Numbered from the stretch's first letter, positions 41,435 through 51,823 are shown. The stretch: DNA of 64,000 bases from Porphyromonadaceae bacterium UBA7042 (GCA_002494015.1 DLAR01000031.1:55-64054); one strand, 5' to 3'. Numbers and translations are program-made. The notes: generated by a model not told the origin, from the sequence alone.

Positions 41435-43578
41435 TTCTTGGATAAGATTACTGAGGTGTCGTTGAACAGAGCGGCCGCGTCGAGGACGGCAAGCAGTTCG
41501 GACCAATGGGAAAGAGGCACGATGTTGGATTTTAATTGTACGCGCGACTGGATGACAAGGTCGCCGGTCTCGTTGAGATGAGCGTCGGAATAGAACATGC
41601 CGGCGAGGTTTATGACCCTGCTGTTGAGGGAGGCTATGGATTCGGGAGCAACGGAATATCCATCGGGAATGTGAAGTGTCACAATATACGAATCCTGAAC
41701 CGGGACAGTCAGCATTGCGTCAAACGAGCGTTCTCGGTCTTTGCCTTCGAGTTGCGGATTGCGCCCGAAGATGCGCCCGATGTTCACATTGTAGTCATTT
41801 CCGAAGCGTGACACGAGTCCGTCCATAACGCAGTCGACATTGTACTCTATGGCTGTTTCTCCCGGCATGTTTCCACGCGACAGAATTTCGACCTTTTCAA
41901 TTGATTCGGGCCGAGTCCCCATAGAATTTTCAATCCAGTCAAACATAGCTTTCTTTATTTCCGTCTGTCTGCCTTCAGGGTCGCGCCGGGTTGACTTTAC
42001 GCGTTTGCCTTCGGGGATTTCAAGGAATTCTTCTGCACGCATTATCCACTCGTCGGGGGTGGTAATGCCTGCGACATTATGTTTCTGCGCTCCGTAGAGT
42101 TTCATGTTGTGGGACAGTCTTAAACGGTCGTCTTCTTCAATTGTCACATCGGTGGAGAGGACAGTAGAGTTGCCTGTGTGTTTCAGGCTTTTCACGTTGA
42201 ATATTACCGGCTGTTTTGACGGGTCGATTTTATCTCCCAGTGCCGGGAATGCGGCAACCATTTCACCCTGATAAATTCCAGCCGGCTCTCCGGGTTGATT
42301 GTTCAACAGAAGCGGTGGGGAAAATATGGTTTCTCCGTAAACCGCCACATAGTCAGGGTCGTTCCACGAGATAATTTCGTTAACAGGAACGTCGGTGCGC
42401 GGAGTCAGTATCCCGATGCCGAGTGCATCAGGATACTCGATTTTCAGTTTTTTAAGCATGTCGCAGAACATTACCGCGCCGAGGCGGTCGCCAATCTTGT
42501 GACGGTCATTGGTGATAACGGCATAGTTGAATGCTATCCATGCCACGGCGGCGAGCTGGTCGTCGGTCAGGTCAGTATGGGTTTTCTGGTAGTCTTTGAC
42601 AAGTTTTATGGCACGTCCCGGAATCGGGTTGTCATACTTTGTAGCTTTGAGCATGTTGGCAACATCTGTATAGTAGGTGCCTGCAGGAAGATTTCCGTAT
42701 AGTCCTCCGGCGCGAGCCGAGCGTGGACGGAAAATCATCGACGTGTTGTTAAGGAAGTTCATGCTGATGAATGGTACTTGCCGCTTTGCCGAGGTGAACA
42801 CTCCGATGTTGACAGCCGGTATGTTGATGATGTGGAGATTAAAGGTGTTATATCCTCGCTCGTTTATTTCCCGGTAGAGGAGCGGAGCACCGTTGTGGGA
42901 GCGGTATTCGATTGTCAGGTCGGGGTTGAATTCCCCCTTTACCATGAGATTCAGCACAGGGTAGCTGCCCGCGATGTCAATATTGACTGAGGGGAGGTTG
43001 AATTCCTCAAGCCATTCCTCGGTGTAATAATAGTATTCGAGAACGTCTCCAACTGACAGGCCGGGAACAGCAATCTTGAACTTGCGGTTGTCATCTCCTT
43101 TTTCCCCGTCGCCTATGGAAAACGCATCTTTTATGTCGACATCTATTACTGTGCCGTCGGGTTTATGTACTTTCGCCCCCCATGCTTTTTCGATTCCAAG
43201 CATCGGCAGCATTCCTTTAAGATGGAATGATTCGCGGTCTCCAAATTCAAAGTCGGTAAATCGTTCCACTGCACTTTGGTCAAACATTTTGATCATGACA
43301 CGGCGTATTTTGTCGCGTGTCATGCGGTTGGTCATGCCGGTGGCTTTCAAGGCCGACTGCTGAATCTCACGGTCGACCTTAATGTCGAGGTAATCGGCGA
43401 TGACTACCGCCGAGGCTCCGTCGGCGACCGAATCAGGTATTTCGGTACGGGGGTTGAATTCGGGAATATTCATCGTCCACACCTTTTCGTCAGCTTTGCG
43501 GAAAAACTTTTCGTTAAGAGCCATTGCCGGTATTGCGGCCGCAATGGCAATGAGGAGAATTACTGCTCGGTATTTCAT
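41431..43578 (-). CDS. DUF3857-like secreted protein (transglutaminase-like region apparently degenerate)
   Basis: Signal peptide. The segment ..VHKPDGTVIDVDIKD.......FKIAVPGLSVGDVLEYYYYTEEW.. resembles DUF3857. I see no clear Cys-His-Asp triad. Confidence 0.5.
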   Translation of the reverse strand: MKYRAVILLIAIAAAIPAMALNEKFFRKADEKVWTMNIPEFNPRTEIPDSVADGASAVVIADYLDIKVDREIQQSALKATGMTNRMTRDKIRRVMIKMFDQSAVERFTDFEFGDRESFHLKGMLPMLGIEKAWGAKVHKPDGTVIDVDIKDAFSIGDGEKGDDNRKFKIAVPGLSVGDVLEYYYYTEEWLEEFNLPSVNIDIAGSYPVLNLMVKGEFNPDLTIEYRSHNGAPLLYREINERGYNTFNLHIINIPAVNIGVFTSAKRQVPFISMNFLNNTSMIFRPRSARAGGLYGNLPAGTYYTDVANMLKATKYDNPIPGRAIKLVKDYQKTHTDLTDDQLAAVAWIAFNYAVITNDRHKIGDRLGAVMFCDMLKKLKIEYPDALGIGILTPRTDVPVNEIISWNDPDYVAVYGETIFSPPLLLNNQPGEPAGIYQGEMVAAFPALGDKIDPSKQPVIFNVKSLKHTGNSTVLSTDVTIEEDDRLRLSHNMKLYGAQKHNVAGITTPDEWIMRAEEFLEIPEGKRVKSTRRDPEGRQTEIKKAMFDWIENSMGTRPESIEKVEILSRGNMPGETAIEYNVDCVMDGLVSRFGNDYNVNIGRIFGRNPQLEGKDRERSFDAMLTVPVQDSYIVTLHIPDGYSVAPESIASLNSRVINLAGMFYSDAHLNETGDLVIQSRVQLKSNIVPLSHWSELLAVLDAAALFNDTSVILSKK

Positions 43579-43583
43579 GGCGG

Positions 43584-45398
43584 TTACTGTTTTATCAATG
43601 CAATCTGAGTGTTGGATATGTTAATTAGGTCGCGTAATGCTTTGTTCCATTCCGGGACGGCGTTGAGTGACGCTTCCGTGTCACCGGTATTGACCTCGGC
43701 GGTACACCTGATGCCGTCGGGGGTGGATTCGGTCATTACCCATCCATTAAACCACGGGGAGTCAAATTTTTTGCACCTTTCTGTCGCGGGGTCGATTTTA
43801 TATCCGTCAGGAACGTAAACGTCTATATTGGCGGTCATCTTGAATCCCGATGTCAGCCTGATGCCCTTTGTGCGTCCTTTTTCGACAACAGGTTTTAGCG
43901 TTATGTTGCGTAGCGGACGCAGGTCAAGATACATTTTATCGCCGACCATGTTGACCGCTTTTTTTTCGACCACGTCGGCTGTCAGGCGGGTTTCGGAGGC
44001 ATCGGGAGCTACATCTGCGACAGAGATGGTTTCCCATTCGACAGTGCGTTTGGGCGGGGAGAGATAGGAGCGGACAAAGTCGTCGCGACGTGATGCGTCA
44101 CGTCCGTTATAGGCATTTTCAAATGCGTAGCGATACACTCCGCTGAGCCGGTGTTCCACGGTGCCGGCAATGTCGGTGCCATTTACCCGGAATGATGCGT
44201 TGAAGCAGTACATGTCGGAGCCATTAGCATTTTCGGGTACGCGTGATATGATAAAGTTGTCGCCGTCCTCGATGATGACCTGTCGGCCTGTTATTCCGGG
44301 CGTGTAGTAACCACGGGGGCAATAGGAAGCCGTGCCGTCGAGGTAGAGAATGGTGTCGGGGAGGATAGCGGCGGCAATCATGTGGTTTCCCGATGCCACG
44401 GATGGAATTTCGGTCCAGTCGGTATCGACATGCCCGGCGGTACCTATCCACACAAGTCGGCCGTCGATTCCTACACTGCGGAGCATTGCCTTGATAAGGT
44501 TGGCCGATCCTTTACAGTCACCATAACGTTTCTGGAATACTGACGATGCTTGGTCGGGGCGGAAGGCGTATTCTCCGTGTTCAACGGCAAGATAGCGTAT
44601 GTTGAGCCTGACCCAATCGGCGATTGCAGCGGCCCTGTCGAAGTTGTTGTCAAGGCCGTCGACAAGGGCGGCGGCTTGTGCTGCGAGGGGTGCGGTGTCA
44701 CCGTTATCGGGCAGAATTGTGCCGTGCATGAAAGAATACAGTTGTGCCACATCGCGGAAAAGGCCGGTAATCATCAGTTTGGGTGACGAGATGGAGGGAG
44801 GAGGTGCCAGCGGTTCGTTTCTTGACCCTTTGCGCGAAACGAGTTCGACGATATAGGTAAGGTCGCCGTTGCTGCTGACTTCGCGTTGCAGTTTTACGCC
44901 TTCGGGCAGATACATAGGGGTTATGTTTATCGCGGCGGAGAGTTTTGACGGTACGTTGATTTCATAACGGGCGTTTTCGGTGTAGTAGGGGGATGTGAGC
45001 ATTATTTCGCAGAATTGCTCGGGAGTCTTATAGGTGCGTTCCATGACGGCACTGGCCTCTTTGTCCTTTTTGAGCGGCACTTTCAGGTAGCAGACACGCG
45101 AGCCGTCATAGAAAAGGTCGTCGTTCTCCCATGCGCGGTATTGTGGTCTGGCGCCCGGGGCCGATGCCTTGTCAATCGAGATGTCATTGTTGAAAAATGT
45201 AACCGCAAGAGCGGTATCGTCGGCGCGGCGGGCAAGGAATTTCTTGGTGTTGACAGCTTTTACACTTGATAATCGTCCATTTTTCTCACGAAGGTGGTAG
45301 GTGGAGGTTTCCTGAGTCACGATTATGTTGTCGTCGGCATTTTGCGCGGCGACGGTGGTCATGGCGATAAGGTATAGTGTCAGTAGCAAAAATCTCAT
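43584..45398 (-). CDS. DUF3857 plus transglutaminase-like cysteine protease domain protein
   Basis: Signal peptide. The transglutaminase core is ..QKRYGDCKGSANLIKAMLRSVGI.. (Cys), ..GNHMIAAA.. (His), ..LYLDGT.. (Asp). Confidence 0.7.
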   Translation of the reverse strand: MRFLLLTLYLIAMTTVAAQNADDNIIVTQETSTYHLREKNGRLSSVKAVNTKKFLARRADDTALAVTFFNNDISIDKASAPGARPQYRAWENDDLFYDGSRVCYLKVPLKKDKEASAVMERTYKTPEQFCEIMLTSPYYTENARYEINVPSKLSAAINITPMYLPEGVKLQREVSSNGDLTYIVELVSRKGSRNEPLAPPPSISSPKLMITGLFRDVAQLYSFMHGTILPDNGDTAPLAAQAAALVDGLDNNFDRAAAIADWVRLNIRYLAVEHGEYAFRPDQASSVFQKRYGDCKGSANLIKAMLRSVGIDGRLVWIGTAGHVDTDWTEIPSVASGNHMIAAAILPDTILYLDGTASYCPRGYYTPGITGRQVIIEDGDNFIISRVPENANGSDMYCFNASFRVNGTDIAGTVEHRLSGVYRYAFENAYNGRDASRRDDFVRSYLSPPKRTVEWETISVADVAPDASETRLTADVVEKKAVNMVGDKMYLDLRPLRNITLKPVVEKGRTKGIRLTSGFKMTANIDVYVPDGYKIDPATERCKKFDSPWFNGWVMTESTPDGIRCTAEVNTGDTEASLNAVPEWNKALRDLINISNTQIALIKQ

Positions 45399-45463
45399 GT
45401 TAGCTTTGTGTTTTTAGCAAAGTTAACGATTGAAATTGATTGATGCAACTATTTTGCCATATT

Positions 45464-46444
45464 TTATGGTTTTGGAAGGGGGATTAGGCGGGAAATGAGT
45501 GCTCGGACGGGGGTAAGGATTCTTTTTTTCATCGGGGGGCGTGTGGCAGATATGCGGGCGACGGCGGCATCAATTGCCTTGTCGTCGGCATAGGTGGGGA
45601 TGTGGTAGAGCTTTTCGCGTGTTTCTTGTTGGAGTCGGGTGTCGTCACCGGCTGCGATGAGCATGTGGAGCAGTATGTTGGCCGATGCCTGCTGTAGACC
45701 CTCAACAACTTCGGGCCGGTCGGAAAACTCGCTGATGAGGTCTTCGCGCACAGCAAGCGACATGCCGAGGCGGCGGTATCGCTCGGCATTGCTCCATGTT
45801 CCTGACGCGCCGATGCGGTATACCCCCATCGGATGGCTGAAATAATGGATTTTGCCGTGGGCGGCATAGAGCATGTGGATGGTGTAGTCGAGCAGCGGGT
45901 GGCGCATTGTCCACTCGGGGAGTTTGGATAGGTTGACGAGGTCGTGGCGGTAAAGGACCGAGAGGTTTGTGATGTAGTTGGCGCGGCTGAGGTGGGTTAT
46001 GTCGGTATCGACGGCCTGACCGCCGTTGCTGAGGCTCTTGGAACCGTCGGCCTCGTAGTGGTTGATGACGCGGTGGAAGGTGATGGCGCATTCGGGATGA
46101 TGTTCCATATAACCGACCTGTGTGGCGAGCTTGCGGGAATAGATCCAGTAGTCGTCGGCATCACACATGGCGAGGTATTTCCCGGTACAGTGCCGGAAAG
46201 CCTCGATATAGTTGGCCTGAATGCCGAGGTTGGTCGGGTTGGAGAACACCTTTATTATGTCGGGGTATAGTTGCTGCCATTGGCGGGCGACAGCAAGTGT
46301 TTCGTCGGTTGATGCGTCGTTGACTATGACGAGCTCTATCGGGAAGTCGGTTTTCTGTCTGACCACTCCCTTGATAGCGTTGCCGATGACGGCCTCCTGA
46401 TTGTAGGCAATCATGACAACGCTGACCATGGGTCGTTGTTCCAT
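45464..46444 (-). CDS. Family 2 glycosyltransferase
   Basis: VSVVMIAYNQE..I..AI.....Q......ELVIVNDASTDET...CDADDYW (DxD). Confidence 0.85.
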   Translation of the reverse strand: MEQRPMVSVVMIAYNQEAVIGNAIKGVVRQKTDFPIELVIVNDASTDETLAVARQWQQLYPDIIKVFSNPTNLGIQANYIEAFRHCTGKYLAMCDADDYWIYSRKLATQVGYMEHHPECAITFHRVINHYEADGSKSLSNGGQAVDTDITHLSRANYITNLSVLYRHDLVNLSKLPEWTMRHPLLDYTIHMLYAAHGKIHYFSHPMGVYRIGASGTWSNAERYRRLGMSLAVREDLISEFSDRPEVVEGLQQASANILLHMLIAAGDDTRLQQETREKLYHIPTYADDKAIDAAVARISATRPPMKKRILTPVRALISRLIPLPKP

Positions 46445-46451
46445 TGTCTTG

Positions 46452-47012
46452 CTATCTGCGAGGTTTGATGAAACGGGACTCGGTTATTACTATGTCTACC
46501 GGCACGTCGTGGGAATCGACCGGGATGTCGTCGATGAGCTGGAAGTCGTAAGCCACTCCCACTTTGCGAGCCTTGGTCGATGCCATGAGCCGGTCGTAGA
46601 AGCCTTTTCCGCGCCCGAGCCGGTTGCCGTTGCGGTCGTAGGCCACGGCGGGGATGACAATCAAGTCGATAGTCTCGACGGGTGTCACGTCGTCGCCTTG
46701 AGGTTCCTCGATGTGGAACGCGCCGAGCTGCAGCGTGGATCGGTCATAGGGTAGGATGTCAAGGTTTACACCGTTGACGCGAGGAAGATAGAAGTGTTTC
46801 CGGGCGTTCCATCGGTCGATGAACTCGCGGGTGGACAGCTCGTCGGGGAGCGAGTGGTACATCAGGATGTGGTCGGCCAGCATGAACTCAGGAGTCTGTT
46901 CGAGCATCGCAAACACCCTTTCGGCCGCCTCGCGGCGCTCATTGTCGTCGAGGAGGGCCTTGCGGGCACGGATGCGGCGGCGGATGTCGTCTTTGGTAAC
47001 GGTTATTCTCAT
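46452..47012 (-). CDS. 5-formyltetrahydrofolate cyclo-ligase
   Basis: ..IRARK.........A......L........ILMY......E..T.......K.FYLPRV...., GRGKGFYDR, ..DSHDVPVD.V.TE. Confidence 0.85.
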   Translation of the reverse strand: MRITVTKDDIRRRIRARKALLDDNERREAAERVFAMLEQTPEFMLADHILMYHSLPDELSTREFIDRWNARKHFYLPRVNGVNLDILPYDRSTLQLGAFHIEEPQGDDVTPVETIDLIVIPAVAYDRNGNRLGRGKGFYDRLMASTKARKVGVAYDFQLIDDIPVDSHDVPVDIVITESRFIKPRR

Positions 47013-47016
47013 GGCG

Positions 47017-47898
47017 CTACATTTCGGCTTGTTTTGGGTCGATGCGTGTGAGGGTTATGATGACGTTGCCGTCAGAGTCGCGAAGGACAGCCTTGTTGTC
47101 GGAGCCGTCACGGGCAGCTGACGAGACATTTTCGAGCGCGAGCAGGAATGCCTGTTCGGTAGCGATGTCGGGGCATGTCATGCGTGTGGTCACGAGGTCT
47201 TTGAACTCGATTCCGTTTTCCTTGTCGAGGGTGAGGATGAGCGACCCGTTGACTATGTTGCAGCCGGCGTTTCCGTGGAGGCTTTTCTGGTCAAGGTCAA
47301 TGACGATTTTCACGTCGGCCGACGCAGGGACGGCGTTGCCGTTAATGGCATCAACTTTCCACGCGCCGTTGAGGAATGCGATGTCATGCTTGCGCAGAAC
47401 TATCAGAGGTGTTCCCGAGGCGTTGTTCAGAGCCATTGTGTAGCCGGTGGACGAATGGTTTATGCCGTAGGACACGACATGGTCAAGAGCTTGGTTGATG
47501 TCATATTCGTAGGGGGCGTCAGGACAAGCCTTCATTGTTGAGATGAACTCGCCACCTTTGGTGAGCTTTGTGCCTTCAACATAGAAAGTGCCGTTGATGT
47601 AGTTGCAGCCGTTGAATCCGATGACTGATACAGCTCCGGGCATATTCTCGTCAACCACAAACGAGAGGTTGGGGTGGTTGTCGCCGTTGACCTTGACATC
47701 TTTGCCGTTGACATTGACGATTGCCCACTCGCCGTTCATTTCGGCCGGTGCGAGCAGTGTCGTTGTGTTGAAGTCGGTATCGGCGGCCGGAGCGGTTTCG
47801 GTAACGGTAGAGGTTTTGGCAGGGGCGCGCTTGATTACGCCGCAACCTGTTGTCATAAGTCCTGCGATGGCGAGGGCAAGTATTGAAATCTTGTTCAT
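47017..47898 (-). CDS. Lipoprotein with two META (HslJ-like) domains
   Basis: Lipobox MTTGC. There are two copies of the ..NG.W.......G....V......P.L.F........G..GCN...G.. pattern. Confidence 0.7.
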   Translation of the reverse strand: MNKISILALAIAGLMTTGCGVIKRAPAKTSTVTETAPAADTDFNTTTLLAPAEMNGEWAIVNVNGKDVKVNGDNHPNLSFVVDENMPGAVSVIGFNGCNYINGTFYVEGTKLTKGGEFISTMKACPDAPYEYDINQALDHVVSYGINHSSTGYTMALNNASGTPLIVLRKHDIAFLNGAWKVDAINGNAVPASADVKIVIDLDQKSLHGNAGCNIVNGSLILTLDKENGIEFKDLVTTRMTCPDIATEQAFLLALENVSSAARDGSDNKAVLRDSDGNVIITLTRIDPKQAEM

Positions 47899-48077
47899 AA
47901 GAGTTGACGTGTTTTAAGGGTTAATTCTACATTGTTATAACGGATGAGGAGTGATTTTGTGCGACACCGGAGGCCGTCATGGCAAAATCAATCAGCAAAT
48001 TTAATGAAAATTCCACAAATCTCGACGAAAGCAAAGGTTTTTATTTGTGAAATTGCACATTAATGGGATAAAATGTG

Positions 48078-48085
48078 TATCTTTG
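48078..48085 (+). promoter_or_regulatory. -7 box TATCTTTG for the dCMP deaminase gene
   Basis: 23 nt upstream of the ATG at 48108. This argues against the GTG start at 48075 in the ORF track. Confidence 0.4.
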
Positions 48086-48107
48086 CAACTTGAAAAATAC
48101 AACTGTC

Positions 48108-48560
48108 ATGGGCAACAACGACAAGCAAGAACTACTCGACCGCCGCTACCTCAGAATGGCTCGTATATGGGCCGAAAACTCCTATTGCGAGCGTCGCAAG
48201 GTGGGTGCGCTGCTGGTGAAAGACCGCATGATAATATCTGACGGTTTCAACGGCACCCCGGCGGGATTTGAGAACGTGTGCGAGGACGGTGATGGCAACA
48301 CCAAGAGTTATGTGCTTCATGCCGAGGCCAACGCTATCACCAAGGTCGCCCGCAGCAACAACTCAAGCGAGGGCGCCACTCTCTACATCACCGCGTCGCC
48401 CTGTGTCGATTGCGCCAAGCTTATTATCCAGAGTGGAATAGTGCGTGTCGTGTTCAACGAGCTTTACCGCATCACCGACGGACTTGAGCTGCTCTCCCGC
48501 GCCGGTATCGAGTGTGTCCATGTCGAGAACCTGACCCCTGCCCGCGAAGGCATCGAATAA
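48108..48560 (+). CDS. dCMP deaminase (ComEB-type cytidine/deoxycytidylate deaminase)
   Basis: HAEANAI (zinc/catalytic Glu) and PCVDCAKLI (Cys pair) motifs. Confidence 0.9.
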   Translation: MGNNDKQELLDRRYLRMARIWAENSYCERRKVGALLVKDRMIISDGFNGTPAGFENVCEDGDGNTKSYVLHAEANAITKVARSNNSSEGATLYITASPCVDCAKLIIQSGIVRVVFNELYRITDGLELLSRAGIECVHVENLTPAREGIE

Positions 48561-48604
48561 CATGTCAATCAAAAAGCTAATTATTTCATACTTCAAAACT
48601 TTAA

Positions 48605-50227
48605 ATGAATAACCGAATAAAGAATCCGGCGGTGTGGATGCCGCTGGCTATCGCTGTGGCACTCGTCGGGGGCATGTGGCTCGGGAAGGTTTTCTTCTCG
48701 ATGTCCCACCGTTGGGATGCCAATGCCAAGCTTGATACCATCATGAAGATGATTGAGGCGGGATATGTCGACGACGTGGACACCGACAGCCTTTTCGATG
48801 CCGCCATTCCCGACTTGCTCTCCCATTTAGACCCTCATTCGACCTATATTCCCGCTAAAGACCTTCAGGCGGTAAACGATGAACTTGGCGGTTCGTTTTC
48901 GGGAATAGGAATTTCGTTCACGATAACGAACGACACAATCAACGTGCTCGAAGTAATCGCCGGCGGCCCCTCTGAGAAGGTGGGATTGTTGCCGGGCGAC
49001 CGCATTGTCACAATCGACGACTCGGTGGCCACTTCGCGCGGATGGTCCAACGAGAAGGTCATGCGCACCCTGCGCGGCGATAAGGGTACGCTTGTCAAGC
49101 TCGGAATCAAGCGCAATACCTCGCCCAAGATTCTCACCTATGAGATTACGCGCGGTGACATCCCTGTCAATTCGGTCGATGCCGCCTATCTCATTGATGA
49201 TGAGATAGGTTATCTGAAAATCAACAAGTTTGGCGCGACAACCTATGCCGAGTTTCTGACCCACATGCTCGAAATGCGCACTGACGGGGCTAAACGTTTC
49301 ATCATCGACCTCCGTGGCAACGGGGGCGGATTCATGGAACCTGCCGTGCTGATGGCGCAGGAATTCCTCCCCGAGGGCGCGCCCATCGTGTCGATGAAGG
49401 GTAAGGTCAAGAGCAACAACACGATGCTTGCGAGTGACGGCAGCGGCACATTCAAGGATGACGAGGTGGTTGTGCTGCTCGACGAGTACTCGGCAAGCGC
49501 AAGCGAGATTTTTGCCGGAGCGATTCAAGACAACGACCGCGGACTCGTAATCGGCCGCCGCTCATTCGGCAAAGGACTTGTGCAGCATCAGACCGAGCTG
49601 CCCGACAGCAGTGCCATCCGTCTGACAGTGGCCCGTTATTACACTCCCTCGGGACGCTGTATTCAGAAGACCTATGCGCCCGGCACCAATTATAACAACG
49701 ACATCATCGACCGGTACAACCACGGCGAGTTCTACAGTGCCGACTCGATAAAACAGAACACCTCGCTGGCGTTCACGACCATGCACGGTCGCACCGTCTA
49801 CGGCGGCGGTGGCATCATGCCCGACATCTTCGTGCCCAATGACACCACCGGCTATACATCCTATTATCTCAATGTGGCCAATGCCGGACTGCTGCAGAAG
49901 TTTGCCTTTGACTACAACGACAACAATCGCGAGCTGTTTGCCCCGGCCAAGACAGCCGCCGAGCTGTTGCCGCTGCTCCCTTCTGACGACCAGCTGCTTC
50001 AGGACTTTGTGGCCTACGCACAGAAGGCCGGCATCGTGCCCCGATGGTTCTACATCAACGAGTCGCGTGACTTGCTTGTCAATACCCTCCGTGCCCTCAT
50101 CGCCCGCAATGCCATCGGCTTGCAAGGCTACTACGAGGTAGACAACATCACTGACCCCACTGTAAATCAGGCACTGAAATCACTCGGTGACGGCGAGGCC
50201 GCGTTTCCTGTCACCAAAGGGGTGTAA
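48605..50227 (+). CDS. S41-family C-terminal processing peptidase with PDZ domain
   Basis: PDZ (..GGPSEKVGLLPGDRIVTIDD..), ..DLRGNGGG.., catalytic ..SASASEIFAGAIQDN.RG..IG..SFGKGLVQ. Confidence 0.9.
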   Translation: MNNRIKNPAVWMPLAIAVALVGGMWLGKVFFSMSHRWDANAKLDTIMKMIEAGYVDDVDTDSLFDAAIPDLLSHLDPHSTYIPAKDLQAVNDELGGSFSGIGISFTITNDTINVLEVIAGGPSEKVGLLPGDRIVTIDDSVATSRGWSNEKVMRTLRGDKGTLVKLGIKRNTSPKILTYEITRGDIPVNSVDAAYLIDDEIGYLKINKFGATTYAEFLTHMLEMRTDGAKRFIIDLRGNGGGFMEPAVLMAQEFLPEGAPIVSMKGKVKSNNTMLASDGSGTFKDDEVVVLLDEYSASASEIFAGAIQDNDRGLVIGRRSFGKGLVQHQTELPDSSAIRLTVARYYTPSGRCIQKTYAPGTNYNNDIIDRYNHGEFYSADSIKQNTSLAFTTMHGRTVYGGGGIMPDIFVPNDTTGYTSYYLNVANAGLLQKFAFDYNDNNRELFAPAKTAAELLPLLPSDDQLLQDFVAYAQKAGIVPRWFYINESRDLLVNTLRALIARNAIGLQGYYEVDNITDPTVNQALKSLGDGEAAFPVTKGV

Positions 50228-50294
50228 ACCCGACACCCTGCCGGGGCGTTTAATATTGTACATAATATATAATGTATAATAATGCCCCGACGAC

Positions 50295-51497
50295 ATGAGA
50301 CAGATAATAACCCATTTTACCGACGATGACCTCTACAAGTTCACGATGTGTTGCGCGGTCATCGACAACTATCCCCGCGCACAGGTAAAGTACCGTTTCA
50401 CCGACCGCTCCGACACGGTTTATCCCGACGGCTTTGCCGACGAATTGCGCCGGCAGGTCGAGTCGCTCGAATCGGTAGTAATCACTGCCGAGGAGGTGGA
50501 TTTCATGAAACGCCGCTGTCCCTATATCCCCTTCTGGTTCTACGATTTTCTCCGTGGCTACCGTTACGACAGCCGCCATGTGAAGGTCGGTCAGGATGGC
50601 GAAGGGCATCTCTCGGTGGAATTTGATGGGGGATGGACTGACACGATACTGCTCGAAGTCAAGGTTCTGGCCATTATCTCGGAACTCTATTACATCATGA
50701 CAGGGCAGATGCCCAAACTCGACATGAAGATGTGCCGGGAAAGGTCGGAAATGAAAGCGCGCCGCTTGATTGATGCCGGATGCCGTTTCAGCGATTTCGG
50801 GACACGCCGCCGCGCCTCGTTTGAGGCGCAGGACACCGTAGTTGGAGCGATGGCTTCGTATTCGCGGCGCAATCCCGGCCCGGGGTGCTTTGCCGGAACG
50901 AGCAATGTGTATTTCGCGATGAAACATGACCTCACGCCAATCGGGACGATGGCCCACGAGATTGTCTGCGCCATCGCGGGGATGTTTGGCCCTCAGATGG
51001 CCAATTATATCGCTATGCGCAATTGGTCGGCCACCTACCGCGGCGCGCTCGGAACATTTCTTTATGATACATTTGGCTGGGACATTTTCAGTCTCAATTT
51101 TTCAGAAGACTATGCCAACATGTTCAAGGGACTGCGTGTCGACAGCGGCGACAACCGGGAGCAGCTCGACAAAATCGTGGCCAAATACCGATCTCTCGGC
51201 ATCGACCCGCGCAGCAAGCAAGTCGTGTTCAGCAATGCTCTCGACACCGACAAGGCAATAGAGATACAACGGTATGCCTCGCGAGTGTGCCAACCGTCAT
51301 TTGGTATCGGCACTCATTTTACTAACGACTTCGATGGTGTAAAGCCGATGAATATCGTCATCAAGCTTGTCGCTGTCAAGATAACCGAGTCGTGGACATT
51401 CTACAACGATACTTGCAAGCTCAGCGAGGACAATGGAAAGCACACAGGCGACCCGGCAGTTGTCAAGAGATTTATGGAAGCCATCCACATGAAGTGA
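50295..51497 (+). CDS. pncB: Nicotinate phosphoribosyltransferase
   Basis: ..TDDDLYKFTMCCAV...YP...V.YRF..R.. N-terminus and ..FGTRRR.. / ..GTMAHE.. motifs; 400 aa. Confidence 0.9.
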   Translation: MRQIITHFTDDDLYKFTMCCAVIDNYPRAQVKYRFTDRSDTVYPDGFADELRRQVESLESVVITAEEVDFMKRRCPYIPFWFYDFLRGYRYDSRHVKVGQDGEGHLSVEFDGGWTDTILLEVKVLAIISELYYIMTGQMPKLDMKMCRERSEMKARRLIDAGCRFSDFGTRRRASFEAQDTVVGAMASYSRRNPGPGCFAGTSNVYFAMKHDLTPIGTMAHEIVCAIAGMFGPQMANYIAMRNWSATYRGALGTFLYDTFGWDIFSLNFSEDYANMFKGLRVDSGDNREQLDKIVAKYRSLGIDPRSKQVVFSNALDTDKAIEIQRYASRVCQPSFGIGTHFTNDFDGVKPMNIVIKLVAVKITESWTFYNDTCKLSEDNGKHTGDPAVVKRFMEAIHMK

Positions 51498-51815
51498 TGA
51501 GCAGTGACATCGCGGCGTTACATAGTATTTGTTGTGTTAATTTTAGTTATTTTATCTCTCTGTTTTTCTCTGTTTTCATCCTTGTTACAGATATGTAATG
51601 TTTGTTAACATGCCGTCGTGGTGACGGTGTGGCGTTGCGTGATAATTTAACACGCAGTATTACAGCGTGTTATTGAATGAATGTTGTGTAATTGTGTTTT
51701 ATAACATTGTTGCGATTTTGTAATAATTTGCTGCAAAATGTCAGTTTTAGTAAGTATTTTCATTGAAAATTGTAATTTTTGTATAAAAATATTTGGATGT
51801 TTGAAATTAAACTCA

Positions 51816-51823
51816 TACATTTG
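51816..51823 (+). promoter_or_regulatory. -7 box TACATTTG for susC
   Basis: Matches TAnnTTTG, 95 nt upstream of the ATG at 51918, inside a 420-bp AT-rich spacer. Confidence 0.35.

Noticed and set aside
50250-50957. 235-aa minus-strand ORF
   Set aside because: It is antisense to pncB, with no motifs. The pncB N-terminus matches the nicotinate phosphoribosyltransferase family.
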